From Polyangiaceae bacterium (lineage in GTDB: Bacteria; Myxococcota_A; Polyangia; Polyangiales; Polyangiaceae), in assembly GCA_035063585.1 (NCBI GenBank), contig JAPSGB010000003.1, positions 128,001 through 192,000 of the forward strand: DNA of 64,000 bases, given 5' to 3'. Numbering within the stretch: the first letter of the stretch is position 1; every line of letters begins with the position of its first letter. A model generated the notes under the pieces. It ran no database searches. It was not told where the DNA came from and worked only from the letters and a program-made list of their open reading frames with translations. Both the position numbers and the translations under genes were made by a program. Shown in pieces: positions 51,233 to 60,693 of the stretch.

Positions 51233-51287
51233 GCCTCGGGTCGTAGCATCGAGGGCGGCTCGGGAGAACTGGGAAAACGCCGGCGCG

Positions 51288-52436
51288 TCAGCCGTGGCCG
51301 AGCATGTATCCGAGGAAGATCCCGATGAGGAGAGCGCTCACGGCCAGGGAGATCGCGAGCGTGGCGGGGACCTGTCTTCGCGCGGGCTTCGGCCGGACGA
51401 GCTCGACCGCCAGCGGCGGGTGAGCGACCGAGGTGGGCAGTCCGATCCCGGCGCTGATCGCGGTGTCGTGCGAGTACGGTGAGGGACCGGGCGGTGGCAA
51501 GCTCGAGCGCGGCGGGATGGTGTCGTCGGGGAGCAGCTCGAAGTGGTGCGCCGGCACGGGCATGGTGCCGCCGCGAGCTACCGACAAGAGCGCCTCGTCC
51601 ATCTCGGTTGCGCTCTGGAAGCGCTCGGCCTGCTCGCGCGCCAGCGCGCGCCGGAAGAAGGGGGCCCAGTGCGCGTATTGTGGAGCGACCTCCTCGATGG
51701 GTACCGGCTCCGAGATGAGCACCTGGGTGATGCGCGCGAAGTCGTTGTCGGCAGGGAAGGCGGACACGCCGGTGAGGAGCTCGTAGAACATGGCCCCGAT
51801 GCTCCACAGATCTGCGCGAAGATCGGCGTGCTTCACGTCACGGATCTGCTCCGGGCTCATGTACCCAGGGGTGCCGAGGAGCATCCCGGTGTTGGTCTTG
51901 CGCGCGGCTCCGCCTGCGACGTCGATCACGCGTGAGAGGCCAAAATCGAGGACCTTGACCTCCACCCCACCCGTCTCGGTCCGGACTAGATAGACGTTGT
52001 CGGGCTTGAGATCCCGGTGAAGGACCCCGACCGCGTGCGCCGCCGCGATGGCGACCAGGACCGAGTGGATGATGGGGGCGGCTTGCTCGACCGGGAGCCG
52101 CCCGCTTCGCATCCGCTCCGAGAGCGGTTGTCCTCGAAGGAGCTCCATCACAAGGTATGGCGTGCCGTCCTCGGCACGCTCGCCAGCGAAGACCTTGGCG
52201 ACGCCCGCGTGCGCGATGCGCGCGCCTGCCTGCGCTTCCACCAGGAATCGCTCGACCACCTCCGGCTCGTCGCAGAACTCGCGCCGGAGGAGCTTCACCG
52301 CGACCCGCCCGTCTCCGCGCAGATCCTGCGCTTCATAGACCAAGCCGAGCCCGCCCGCGCCGATCGAGCGGAGCAGCTTCCATCGCTGGTTCAGGATGGC
52401 GCCGACCAGGGCCTCGGGTCGATCGAAGGCGGGCAT
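51288..52436 (-). CDS. Ser/Thr protein kinase with C-terminal TM anchor
   Basis: 'IGAGGLGLVY', 'HRDLKPDN', 'DFG', 'GTPGYMSPE', terminal hydrophobic helix. Confidence 0.95.
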   Translation of the reverse strand: MPAFDRPEALVGAILNQRWKLLRSIGAGGLGLVYEAQDLRGDGRVAVKLLRREFCDEPEVVERFLVEAQAGARIAHAGVAKVFAGERAEDGTPYLVMELLRGQPLSERMRSGRLPVEQAAPIIHSVLVAIAAAHAVGVLHRDLKPDNVYLVRTETGGVEVKVLDFGLSRVIDVAGGAARKTNTGMLLGTPGYMSPEQIRDVKHADLRADLWSIGAMFYELLTGVSAFPADNDFARITQVLISEPVPIEEVAPQYAHWAPFFRRALAREQAERFQSATEMDEALLSVARGGTMPVPAHHFELLPDDTIPPRSSLPPPGPSPYSHDTAISAGIGLPTSVAHPPLAVELVRPKPARRQVPATLAISLAVSALLIGIFLGYMLGHG

Positions 52437-52455
52437 CGCTCGGCTACGCGGTCGG

Positions 52456-53595
52456 TCAGTGACAGCAGTAGGTCACCGCGCCCTGGACACTCACCTGTCC
52501 CGCAGGCGCGCCGCCGCTCGGCGTGCACCTGCCGCCTGCCGACGAAGCGATCAACTCGGCTGACCAGCTGCCAGTGTCGAGTAGCTTGCTTGCGTTCGTG
52601 CAGGTCCCCGCGCTGCCCGAGATGGGGTCGTCACCGCCGATGGCCGGCGTATCGCAGGCGTTCCCGTCCCAAAACCTGATGCCTCCGCCGGTGCAGCTCG
52701 TCACCGGCGCGCAGGCGCAGGCTGCGCAGCTCCGCTCGTCGTCGCCCCCCGTGTAGGTCATGACGCGGACGCTCGTGAAGTCGTTCGGGCAGGGGTTATC
52801 GCCGTCCTTGCGAACGCAGACGTAGCCGACGTAAGGCGCCTCTCCACCTCGAATGCAGGACTGCCCGTTCGGGCAAGTGCCGGTCGTCACCGGCTCGTCG
52901 CAGACGTCGGTCAGCCCGCGGAACATCGGGTTCGAGAAGGTGGAGGTGGAGGGCGGGCAGCTCCCGGCGGCCGTCACCACGCCGGGCGTCGGGATGCAGG
53001 AGAGCTTGCTCGGGTTGTCCTTCTTGTGACACTTGCCGTCGGCCCAGATCGAGGTCCAGTCGGACAGGTTGGCCGCGGTGCACGAGGTGTCTGCTGTCGA
53101 ACATGCGACCGTCGGCAGGCCGCAGCTCGCGTTCTCGAGGGTGCCGCACGTGCACGGTGAGCAGGCGGCGTCCGTTGGCGAAGTGAAGAAGCGCTCCGGC
53201 GTGGAGCCGTCCGCGCACTTCGGCCCTGCCTCCGGCTCGTCGACGTTATCCTGCCCGTGGAGCCGATAGTAGCCGCTCCAACCACTCGGCACGCTCGGGA
53301 CGCAGGTGCGCTCGTCTCCGCACGCCGCTCCGGTGTCACCGGCGGAGCCGCCGGTCGATGCGTCACCCGCCCCGCCCGCCTGACCCCCCGAGCCGCTCAT
53401 CCCGCTCGCGCCGGCCGAGCCGCCCGAGGCCGTCTGGCCGCTGACGCCACCGCCTCCGCCCGTCCCTCCGAGCGAGCCGCCAGCGTCGTCCCGCTCTGCG
53501 GCGCCTTGCCCCTCGGTGTTCACTGAGCAGCCAACGGCGGCGCTGAGCCCAACCACGAGCGAGACCCATGAGATGCGGGAGAGGTGACCTAGCAT
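52456..53595 (-). CDS. Cys-rich surface lipoprotein with Gly/Ser/Ala linker
   Basis: Lipobox AVGC, G/S-rich linker, internally duplicated Cys modules ('CSPCTC', 'CAACAC'), ends 'TYCCH'. Confidence 0.78.
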   Translation of the reverse strand: MLGHLSRISWVSLVVGLSAAVGCSVNTEGQGAAERDDAGGSLGGTGGGGGVSGQTASGGSAGASGMSGSGGQAGGAGDASTGGSAGDTGAACGDERTCVPSVPSGWSGYYRLHGQDNVDEPEAGPKCADGSTPERFFTSPTDAACSPCTCGTLENASCGLPTVACSTADTSCTAANLSDWTSIWADGKCHKKDNPSKLSCIPTPGVVTAAGSCPPSTSTFSNPMFRGLTDVCDEPVTTGTCPNGQSCIRGGEAPYVGYVCVRKDGDNPCPNDFTSVRVMTYTGGDDERSCAACACAPVTSCTGGGIRFWDGNACDTPAIGGDDPISGSAGTCTNASKLLDTGSWSAELIASSAGGRCTPSGGAPAGQVSVQGAVTYCCH

Positions 53596-53650
53596 CCGGC
53601 GTTCACGTTAGCACACGTGTTCGGCCGGGCTCCAGCCGAGCCAGCGCGCG

Positions 53651-54064
53651 TCACCTGGCGCTTCTCGGTCCGCTCGACCGCTCCGCCGCGCACCGGCCCT
53701 CGAGGCACGAACACCGACCGCCGCAGTCCAGGGTCCCGCCTCGGCAATCCATCGTGCACATCATCCCCGCGCACGACGGCGCCGCGCCGCGGGCCACGCA
53801 GGCGGTCGCGTGGCAGCAGGATGCCGGGACGCAGTCTGCGTCGCTCTCGCAGGCGTCGGTGCCGCTCACGGGCTGCCCGGGCGCGGGCTGTCGAGGCCGC
53901 GGTCCAGCCTGCCGGGGAGGGGACGCCGGCGACGCAGGCGTCGTGGCGGCGGGAGGCGGGCTCGCCGGGATCACGACGCCCGGCCGCCCGGCGGGAGCAG
54001 CTTCGGGGCCGCACGCCGCGGCGAGCACGAGCGAGGTGCCGATGACCGCGAGCCTTCCGTCCAT
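53651..54064 (-). CDS. Small lipoprotein with 12-Cys domain
   Basis: Lipobox LAAAC, Pro-rich linker, 'CESDADCVPASCCHATACV...CAGMMCTMDCRGGTLDCGGRCSCLEGRC'. Confidence 0.72.
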   Translation of the reverse strand: MDGRLAVIGTSLVLAAACGPEAAPAGRPGVVIPASPPPAATTPASPASPPRQAGPRPRQPAPGQPVSGTDACESDADCVPASCCHATACVARGAAPSCAGMMCTMDCRGGTLDCGGRCSCLEGRCAAERSSGPRSAR

Positions 54065-54122
54065 CCGTGGAGCTTGCACGCGCTGGGCCTCGCGTGCACG
54101 TTTCGGCGCCGGAGCCCCCTCG

Positions 54123-55022
54123 GTGATTCGCCTCTTTGCGCTCGTGGGCGTGGTCGGCATCTCGTTCTCCGCGGTGTTCGTCCGGCTCGCGCACGTCTCG
54201 CCGTCGACCTCCGCGTTCTATCGCGGCGCCTACGCGGTGCCCATCCTCTTCGTCTGGTGGCTCCTGGTGAGACGCCGAGACCGCCGCTCGCGCTGGCTTC
54301 GCTCCCTCGCGTTCGTGGCGGGGACGTTCCTCGCGTTGGATCTCACGCTCTGGCATCGCTCCATCGACGACATCGGCGCGGGGCTCTCGACCGTCCTCAC
54401 CAACACCCAGATTGCGTTCGTCGGCTTACTCGCTTGGGCGGTGCACAAGGAGCGCCCAACGCGGGCGGCGCTCGTCATGATCCCCTTCGTGATCGCGGGG
54501 GTCGTGCTCATCTCGGGCATGGGTCGCGCGGACGCGTATGGGAGCGAGCCGCTGCGCGGCGCGCTGCTTGGCGCGCTGAGCGGGCTCGCCTACGCTGGGT
54601 TCCTCCTGATCTTTCGGCGCGCGAACCGGGTCCTGTCGCATCCGGCCGGGCCGATGCTCGACGCAACGCTCGGCATGACCGTCGGGGCGCTCGCGGGGAG
54701 CGTGTTCGATCCGCGCTTCTCTCTCGCGTTCGTGTGGCCCGCGCACGGCTGGTTGGTAGCGCTCGCGATCATCGTGCAGGTCATCGGCTGGATGTTGATC
54801 GCGATCGCGCTCCCGCGACTGCCCGCGCTCGAGACCTCCGTGCTTCTGCTGCTGCAGCCGGCTTGCGCGATGCTCTGGGGCTACCTGCTCTTCGATGAGC
54901 GCCTGGGGCCCTTGCAGCTCCTCGGCTCGACCATCGTGTTGGTCGGCGTGGCAGTGCTCAGCCTGCGCGGGAGCGTGCAGAAGGGGCCGGCGAGCCCGCC
55001 GATCGAGCTCGAGCCATCGTAG
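54123..55022 (+). CDS. DMT/EamA family transporter
   Basis: 10 TM in two repeats; 'ISFSAVFVRLA', 'AFYR', 'STVLTNTQ', 'HKERP', 'SVLLLLQP', 'LFDERL'. Start trimmed to GTG 54123. Confidence 0.9.
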   Translation: MIRLFALVGVVGISFSAVFVRLAHVSPSTSAFYRGAYAVPILFVWWLLVRRRDRRSRWLRSLAFVAGTFLALDLTLWHRSIDDIGAGLSTVLTNTQIAFVGLLAWAVHKERPTRAALVMIPFVIAGVVLISGMGRADAYGSEPLRGALLGALSGLAYAGFLLIFRRANRVLSHPAGPMLDATLGMTVGALAGSVFDPRFSLAFVWPAHGWLVALAIIVQVIGWMLIAIALPRLPALETSVLLLLQPACAMLWGYLLFDERLGPLQLLGSTIVLVGVAVLSLRGSVQKGPASPPIELEPS

Positions 55023-55065
55023 CGCCCTGCTCGGGAGGCCCTGCGCCCGCTCGCGTGGATAGCAG

Positions 55066-56808
55066 TCAGAATCGGAGGTGGACCGCGGGGACCAGCACGC
55101 TCCCTCCGGCCGGCGGGAGGGGCAAGCGGGAGTAGCTCCGGCCATTCCAGGCGACCAGGCAATACCTCGGATCTTCGAGCGGCCGCGCGAAGCGAAACCG
55201 TACCTCGGTCGGGCGACCGTGAGCATCGACCTCGGCGACGATCGCCTGCACGCCGGTGAGCTGCAGGCCTTCGCCGCTGCGCATCGGGTGGCCATCGTCG
55301 CGATACACGCGGTTGAACGGCATGGCGAGGAACCCGAGCGCCGGCCGCACCGAGAGGGTGAACCCGTCGAGGCGCCGAACACGCACCGGATCGATTCCGC
55401 CGTGCATCACCAGCGCGTTCGGCGTCGACGGCCGCCCGAGGAAGCGACGTCGCGCGACCAGCGACGCGCCGGTGTAGAGATCCGGCGCGTTGACGATGAC
55501 CACGCGTTCGACTCCCGCGCCCGCGCAGGCGAACGCCTGATCGCTCATGCGGTCGATCGTGCGATCGAGCAGCATGAACCCGAGCGAGCGCACCGGGAGA
55601 AGCAGCGCGGACAACCACAGGTGGGTCAGGAGCCAGATGCCGCCGAGCGCCCTCGCGGCGCGCGGCCAGGATGCGTGGCCGACAGCCATCACGAAGCGCG
55701 CGATGAGCGCCGCGCCCCCCACGCTGCCGAGCACCAGCAGCCGATCCCCGGGGAAGGTCGCGGCGGCGGGCACGAGCGCCAGGATGGTGCCGAGCGCCCA
55801 GAACCGACCGCCCCGGTCGCTCCGGAGCCTCTCTCCGAGCATGACCACCGCGAACGACAGGAACACGAGCCCGCCCGCGACCAGGACCAGGGGCCAGCGC
55901 ATGTCGAGGAATGGCTTCAAGTCGAGGGGCGCGACGCCGAGGACTCCGAACCCGAGCTCGAGCAGGCGCAGAGGCAGGGCGCGGACGAAGGCGAGCGGGC
56001 TCGCGAGGGGATCGATGTACGCCCCCGAGCCATACGCGCCGTACCCGAGGTGCCGCGTCACGAGCGCCCAGGCGGCGACCACCGCCGTCGCTGGCAAGAG
56101 CGAGAGGGCGCGCCGCTGCCAGCGCGCTCGGTCGATGACGACCGCGTAGGCGATGAGGTAGCCCATGGCGCCGAGCGCGAGCTCGCTCGACATGAGCCCG
56201 AGGGCGAGGCAGAGCGGCGCCGCGAGCGCTCCCAGGAGCCACCCCTCTCGTCGCCAGCGATCGTGCAGGCCGAGGGAGAGCAGCGCGAAGGCGCTCGCGA
56301 CGATGGCGTTTCGATTCGACAGCCAGCCGAGCGCTGGCCCATGCCCGCTGTCCACCGCGTAGAGCACGGCCGCCAGCCCAGCGGCTCGACCGGTGCCGTC
56401 GATGCGGCGAAAGAGCCAGCCGGCGGCCGCGAGCAAGAGCGCGAACCACGCGAGCGACTGGGCGTGCATCGCGGCGGCGCTCTCCGGCCAGAGCCGATAG
56501 TCGAGGTAGTGAGTCGCGCGCGTGAGCGGGCGCCACAGCGCGATGCGCCACGTGGGCACGGTGATCCAGGGGAGCACCCCCTCGTCCTTGCCGGCGTAGT
56601 TCTGGAAGGTCGGGTCCTCGACCGGGCGAAAGGGCCGGACCAGGGTCGAGATCGGGGCGCGCGCGAGACTTCGCGCCTCGTAGTCTTCCGTCTGCCAGCC
56701 GCTCAGGAGGGATGGCGACGCCAAGACGACGCCGAGCAGGGTCGCGAGCAGGATGATGCGACGGCTCGCGAGCCATCGCCAGCGCCGAGCGTCCTCGGAC
56801 GGGAGCAC
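55066..56808 (-). CDS. Putative GT-C fold glycosyltransferase (TMTC/PMT-like membrane protein, no TPR)
   Basis: Acidic pair after TM1 ('WQTEDY'), 'WRPLTRATHYLDY', 'AMHAQSLAW', 'HGPALGWLSNRN', 'LMSSE', multiple TMs, soluble C-terminal domain. Confidence 0.62.
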   Translation of the reverse strand: MLPSEDARRWRWLASRRIILLATLLGVVLASPSLLSGWQTEDYEARSLARAPISTLVRPFRPVEDPTFQNYAGKDEGVLPWITVPTWRIALWRPLTRATHYLDYRLWPESAAAMHAQSLAWFALLLAAAGWLFRRIDGTGRAAGLAAVLYAVDSGHGPALGWLSNRNAIVASAFALLSLGLHDRWRREGWLLGALAAPLCLALGLMSSELALGAMGYLIAYAVVIDRARWQRRALSLLPATAVVAAWALVTRHLGYGAYGSGAYIDPLASPLAFVRALPLRLLELGFGVLGVAPLDLKPFLDMRWPLVLVAGGLVFLSFAVVMLGERLRSDRGGRFWALGTILALVPAAATFPGDRLLVLGSVGGAALIARFVMAVGHASWPRAARALGGIWLLTHLWLSALLLPVRSLGFMLLDRTIDRMSDQAFACAGAGVERVVIVNAPDLYTGASLVARRRFLGRPSTPNALVMHGGIDPVRVRRLDGFTLSVRPALGFLAMPFNRVYRDDGHPMRSGEGLQLTGVQAIVAEVDAHGRPTEVRFRFARPLEDPRYCLVAWNGRSYSRLPLPPAGGSVLVPAVHLRF

Positions 56809-56911
56809 CTCGGCATGCTACTTCACGTTCGAGGCGCTCGAATCGCCGAAGTCGCGAGTCGCGCGATGGCGGGCGACGCCGCACCCTTCCCTGGGGCATG
56901 ATGCCGCCCGT

Positions 56912-58807
56912 ATGGCCTCGGAGCCTCAGCCCTCGGCGTCGCCAGCGCCCGGAGAGTCGCGCCGAGTCATCCTGTCGCTCACGCTCATCGCGGCGTCATT
57001 CCTCGGCTACTCGTTCGCACGAGCACCGAGGCTCGACAACTACGCGCTCGGTGACGTGGGCGCGGTCGCCCATGTGAGCGCGGTCGCGGCGCGACTGGTC
57101 GACGGCGCGCGCCTCTACGATGAGGTCGCGGTTCCCGACGCGCCTGGCGCCCCGCTCGTCGTCTCGCTGATCCAGAGGCTCGCCGGCGGGCCTCGGCTCC
57201 TCCACGAGATCTGGCTCGGACAGCTCGCCGAACTCGCGCTCGGGCTCGTCGCCTTCGTGTTCGCGAGGCGGGTGGCCGGGCCGCTCTCGGCGCTCTTCGT
57301 GTTCGCGGCCAGCCTGGTCCTGCTCGAGCTCCCGGCGACCCGGAACCCTGACACCTCGCTCGCGGCGCTCCTCGCGTGGGGGAGCCTGGCCCTCGGGGCG
57401 CGCGCGCTGCGGCTCGGTGAGCCCGCGGGCGCGCCGCGCGGCGGCGCCGCGCTCGCCGCCGGCGCTTGCGCCGCCGGCGCGCTCGCCTTCGAGCAGGCGA
57501 TCGGCCTCGGCAGCCTGCTCGGGTGGGGGGGTGCGTTCGGTTACTTGAGGTGGGTTCGGCGCGGGGACGCCGTGGGCGCGCCGCGCGCCCCGCTCGCCGC
57601 GTTCGGGGTCGGGGCGCTCGTCGGGGCTGCATGCCCGCTGGTCCTGGCGCTCATCGCCCGCGGCTCGCTCGCGGGATTCGCAGAGTGCGCGATTGGAGAC
57701 TGGCTCGCGCTCCGAGACGGGCCGCTGGCGATGGCGGCGGGGCTCACCTCTTACGCCATCATGCAGCGCGGCGCGTTCCCGAGCTCGCTCGCGGCGACTT
57801 GCCTCGCGGTCGCCATCGGATGGCGCGTGATCCGGCGTGAGGGCTCGCTCCATGTCGCCAGCTCCGCTGCGCCTCGTTGCTCGCTCCGCGCCGCGACGGG
57901 CGCGGCTGCGCTCGCCAGCCTGGTGTTCGGCGTGGCGAGCGCGCTCTTCGCTACCTACGCGCGGTTGCCGCAGGGAGTCATCTCACTCGGCGCGGCGCTG
58001 TCTCTCGCGCCGGCGTTCGGGTTCGTGTTCGCGGTCGCGAGCTTCGTCATGCAGCTCCCGCGCGCAGCGAAGAGCCTCGCGCCCGAGCAGCGCCGTGCCG
58101 GCGCGAGCGTCAATGCGCTCATCCTCGCGGCGCTGGTCGAGAGCGTGTTCCTGCCGCTCTCGTTCAGCACCTTGCCGGAGGGGCGCTTCGGTTTCGCGGC
58201 GCTCACCCCGCTCGCGCTCACCTTCCTCTTCCTCTACGCGGCTCGAACCGGGTGGCGATGGCTGCCCCCGGTGGTCTTCGCGGTCACCGGGCTCGGGCTC
58301 TTCGGGCCCCACCTCGCGCGCTTGCTCGACACGGACACCCGCGTCTCCTCGGGATTTTGGGCCGGCCTCGCCGTCAACGTGCGCGGTCGAGAGCTCCTCG
58401 ACGCGGCGCGGCGGCTCGACGCGCTCGCCGCGCCCGGCGACCGGGTGCTGGTCTTGCCGGAGGACGCCGAGCTCTCGCTCCTCTTCGCGCGGCGCCGCCC
58501 CGCGCTCCGCGGAGGGAGCGTCCAGGTCGCGCGCTACCCGGCGCGGCTGGTGCCCGCCGACCTCGCCGTCCTCGAGGCGTCGCCGCCGCGCTTCATCGTC
58601 CTTTATCCTCGGCGCACGATGCTCCGAAAGGCGCTCTTCTCGCTCACGCCGGGCGGGGTAGGGGCGGACGCCTTCGCCGACGGCGCGACCGCGCTCGTCG
58701 CGCGGCGGTATCGCCTGGTCGGGCGATTTCGGGTGACGTACGTGTGGGACCAGGATGAGCTCGCCATCTTCGAGCTCAACGAAGGAGAGCGGGAGGCCCG
58801 GCCGTGA
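56912..58807 (+). CDS. GT-C-like polytopic membrane protein, divergent paralogue of the next gene
   Basis: Collinear similarity with 58804-60693, e.g. 'LLHEIWL', 'AFP', 'GSLH', 'NAL.LAALV.S', 'G.WAG..V..RGR', 'VLVLPED'. Confidence 0.65.
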   Translation: MASEPQPSASPAPGESRRVILSLTLIAASFLGYSFARAPRLDNYALGDVGAVAHVSAVAARLVDGARLYDEVAVPDAPGAPLVVSLIQRLAGGPRLLHEIWLGQLAELALGLVAFVFARRVAGPLSALFVFAASLVLLELPATRNPDTSLAALLAWGSLALGARALRLGEPAGAPRGGAALAAGACAAGALAFEQAIGLGSLLGWGGAFGYLRWVRRGDAVGAPRAPLAAFGVGALVGAACPLVLALIARGSLAGFAECAIGDWLALRDGPLAMAAGLTSYAIMQRGAFPSSLAATCLAVAIGWRVIRREGSLHVASSAAPRCSLRAATGAAALASLVFGVASALFATYARLPQGVISLGAALSLAPAFGFVFAVASFVMQLPRAAKSLAPEQRRAGASVNALILAALVESVFLPLSFSTLPEGRFGFAALTPLALTFLFLYAARTGWRWLPPVVFAVTGLGLFGPHLARLLDTDTRVSSGFWAGLAVNVRGRELLDAARRLDALAAPGDRVLVLPEDAELSLLFARRRPALRGGSVQVARYPARLVPADLAVLEASPPRFIVLYPRRTMLRKALFSLTPGGVGADAFADGATALVARRYRLVGRFRVTYVWDQDELAIFELNEGEREARP

Positions 58808-60693
58808 GCTCACCGGATCGCCGCGAGCGCCGGCGCGCGGGCGCGGTCCTCGTCGTGATGGTGGCGTGCTTCATGCTCTACGCGCTCACGGCGGTGCCGC
58901 GCCTCACCAACAACCACCTCTCGGACGTCGAATTCACCGGTTGGAGCGCGCCGCTCGCCGAGCGCATCCTCGCGGGTGAGCGACCCTACGAGGATTTCGT
59001 GCTGCCCATTCCGCCGGGGAGCTTCCTCGTGATCGCGCTCATGCAGAAGCTCTCCGGGCGCGTCCTCCTCTTGCACGAGATCTGGCTGAACGAGGTGATT
59101 CACCTCCTGATGGGGCTCCTCGCTTACCTCATGGCGGCGCGCTTCACGAGCCGGCGCATCGCGCTCATGGTGGCGGCCTGCACGCTGGTCACGGTCGTGC
59201 AACTGAACAAGGAGATCCCCTACGATCACACCGCGCTCTCGCTGGCTTGGGCGAGCGTGACCTCGGGGGCGGTCGCGCTCACCTCGCTCGGCCGCCGGCG
59301 GCGCGTCGCGTGGCTCGTCGCGGGGATCACCGGCGGGCTCACCATGGCGTTCAAGCAGAGCACCGGGCTCGGGGTGCTCCTCGGCTGGCTCGTCGCGTTC
59401 GGCTACCTCGCGCTCGTCGAGGCGGTCGGCGGAGCTCGCGCCGTGCTCGCGCGCGTCGCCCGCGACGCTCTCGCCTGGGGCGTCGCGGCAGGGGTCGGGC
59501 TCCTCGCGACGCTGGGCATGGTGCTCGCGCTCGGGAGCAGCTTCGGCGCGTATTTCCAGGCGGTGTTCGTCGATGGCCCGGCGCTGAAGGGCGGCACGAC
59601 GCACCTCGTCTTCGATTTGCTCCGCTATGTCGCGTACTACGACGCGTTCCCGACCACCGTGGTCTTCGCGTTCCTGATCGTGGGCGTCGCGGCTCGGGTC
59701 GCCCGTTTTCACGGGAGCCTCCACCTCGGCGACGAGCCCGCTCGCGAGGATGCGCTCACCGAGCGGCGCGCGGGCGCCATCGCCGCCGCGGTCGCGGTGG
59801 CGTTCGGGCTGGCCGTCGTGCTCTTGCGGTCGCCCATCCACCGTATCGATCCGTCCGTGGGCGTGTGGTTCGACCGCTTGAAGGTCCTGCCGATGTTCGG
59901 CTTTGCCTTCGCGTGCGCGTACCTCGTGTCTCACCTGCGGCTCCCCGGCGATGAGACCCCCGCGGCGGCGCCGCTGCGGGCCGGCCACGCGCTGAACGCG
60001 CTCTTCTTGGCCGCCCTCGTCGCGTCCTTGTTCCACAACACCTCGGCGCCCGAGTTTCGCGCCTTCTACGACAATAACCCGCTCATCCCGCTGGTGCTCC
60101 TGTCACTCTTCACGGCGCTCGCGCGGGCCCGTCTGCCGCGCTTGGAGGCGCTCTTCCTGGTCGGGATCCTCGCCTGCCTGTTCGGAAACAAGCTCGGGCG
60201 GGCCATGGCGGCCACCATCCCCATGGGAAAGAGCGGCTATTGGGCGGGGATGAAGGTGAGCCCGCGCGGCCGCACCATCGCCGAAGCCGCGCTCCGCGTC
60301 CGCGCGCTCGCCGGGCCGAGCGAGACCGTCCTCGTGCTCCCGGAGGATCTCGAGATCGCTGCGCTCATCGGGCGAGCGCGCCCGCCGCTGCGCGGCGCGA
60401 TCCTGTACGTGGATCAGTACCCCAAGCGGCTCTACGAGGGAGACCGCCGCGCGCTCCTCGAGCATCCTCCGAAGGTGATCGTCATCCACCCGCGCGAGCG
60501 GATCTTCTGGACCAACGTGTTTCGTACCTGGTCGGCCGACAGCGCGACGGAGCGTATGATCGATTTCGTCGAGCGCGAGCTCCTCCCGCGCTCCTACCGG
60601 CGCGACCAGAGCTTCGAGACCAGCTTCCTCGGCGCGCCGTCACACCTCGACATCTACGTTCGGCGAGACGATGGCGCGGCTCAGTCGCAGTAG
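58804..60693 (+). CDS. Putative GT-C fold glycosyltransferase (ArnT/PMT-like)
   Basis: First periplasmic loop 'LSDVEF...RILAGERPYEDFVLPIPPG', 'FKQSTG', ~12 TM, C-terminal periplasmic domain 'VLVLPED...PKVIVI'. Confidence 0.65.
   Translation: MSSPDRRERRRAGAVLVVMVACFMLYALTAVPRLTNNHLSDVEFTGWSAPLAERILAGERPYEDFVLPIPPGSFLVIALMQKLSGRVLLLHEIWLNEVIHLLMGLLAYLMAARFTSRRIALMVAACTLVTVVQLNKEIPYDHTALSLAWASVTSGAVALTSLGRRRRVAWLVAGITGGLTMAFKQSTGLGVLLGWLVAFGYLALVEAVGGARAVLARVARDALAWGVAAGVGLLATLGMVLALGSSFGAYFQAVFVDGPALKGGTTHLVFDLLRYVAYYDAFPTTVVFAFLIVGVAARVARFHGSLHLGDEPAREDALTERRAGAIAAAVAVAFGLAVVLLRSPIHRIDPSVGVWFDRLKVLPMFGFAFACAYLVSHLRLPGDETPAAAPLRAGHALNALFLAALVASLFHNTSAPEFRAFYDNNPLIPLVLLSLFTALARARLPRLEALFLVGILACLFGNKLGRAMAATIPMGKSGYWAGMKVSPRGRTIAEAALRVRALAGPSETVLVLPEDLEIAALIGRARPPLRGAILYVDQYPKRLYEGDRRALLEHPPKVIVIHPRERIFWTNVFRTWSADSATERMIDFVERELLPRSYRRDQSFETSFLGAPSHLDIYVRRDDGAAQSQ

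Noticed and set aside
56811..56826. CGGCATGCTACTTCAC as a sigma54 promoter for the GT-C pair
   Set aside because: Lacks the invariant -12 GC.
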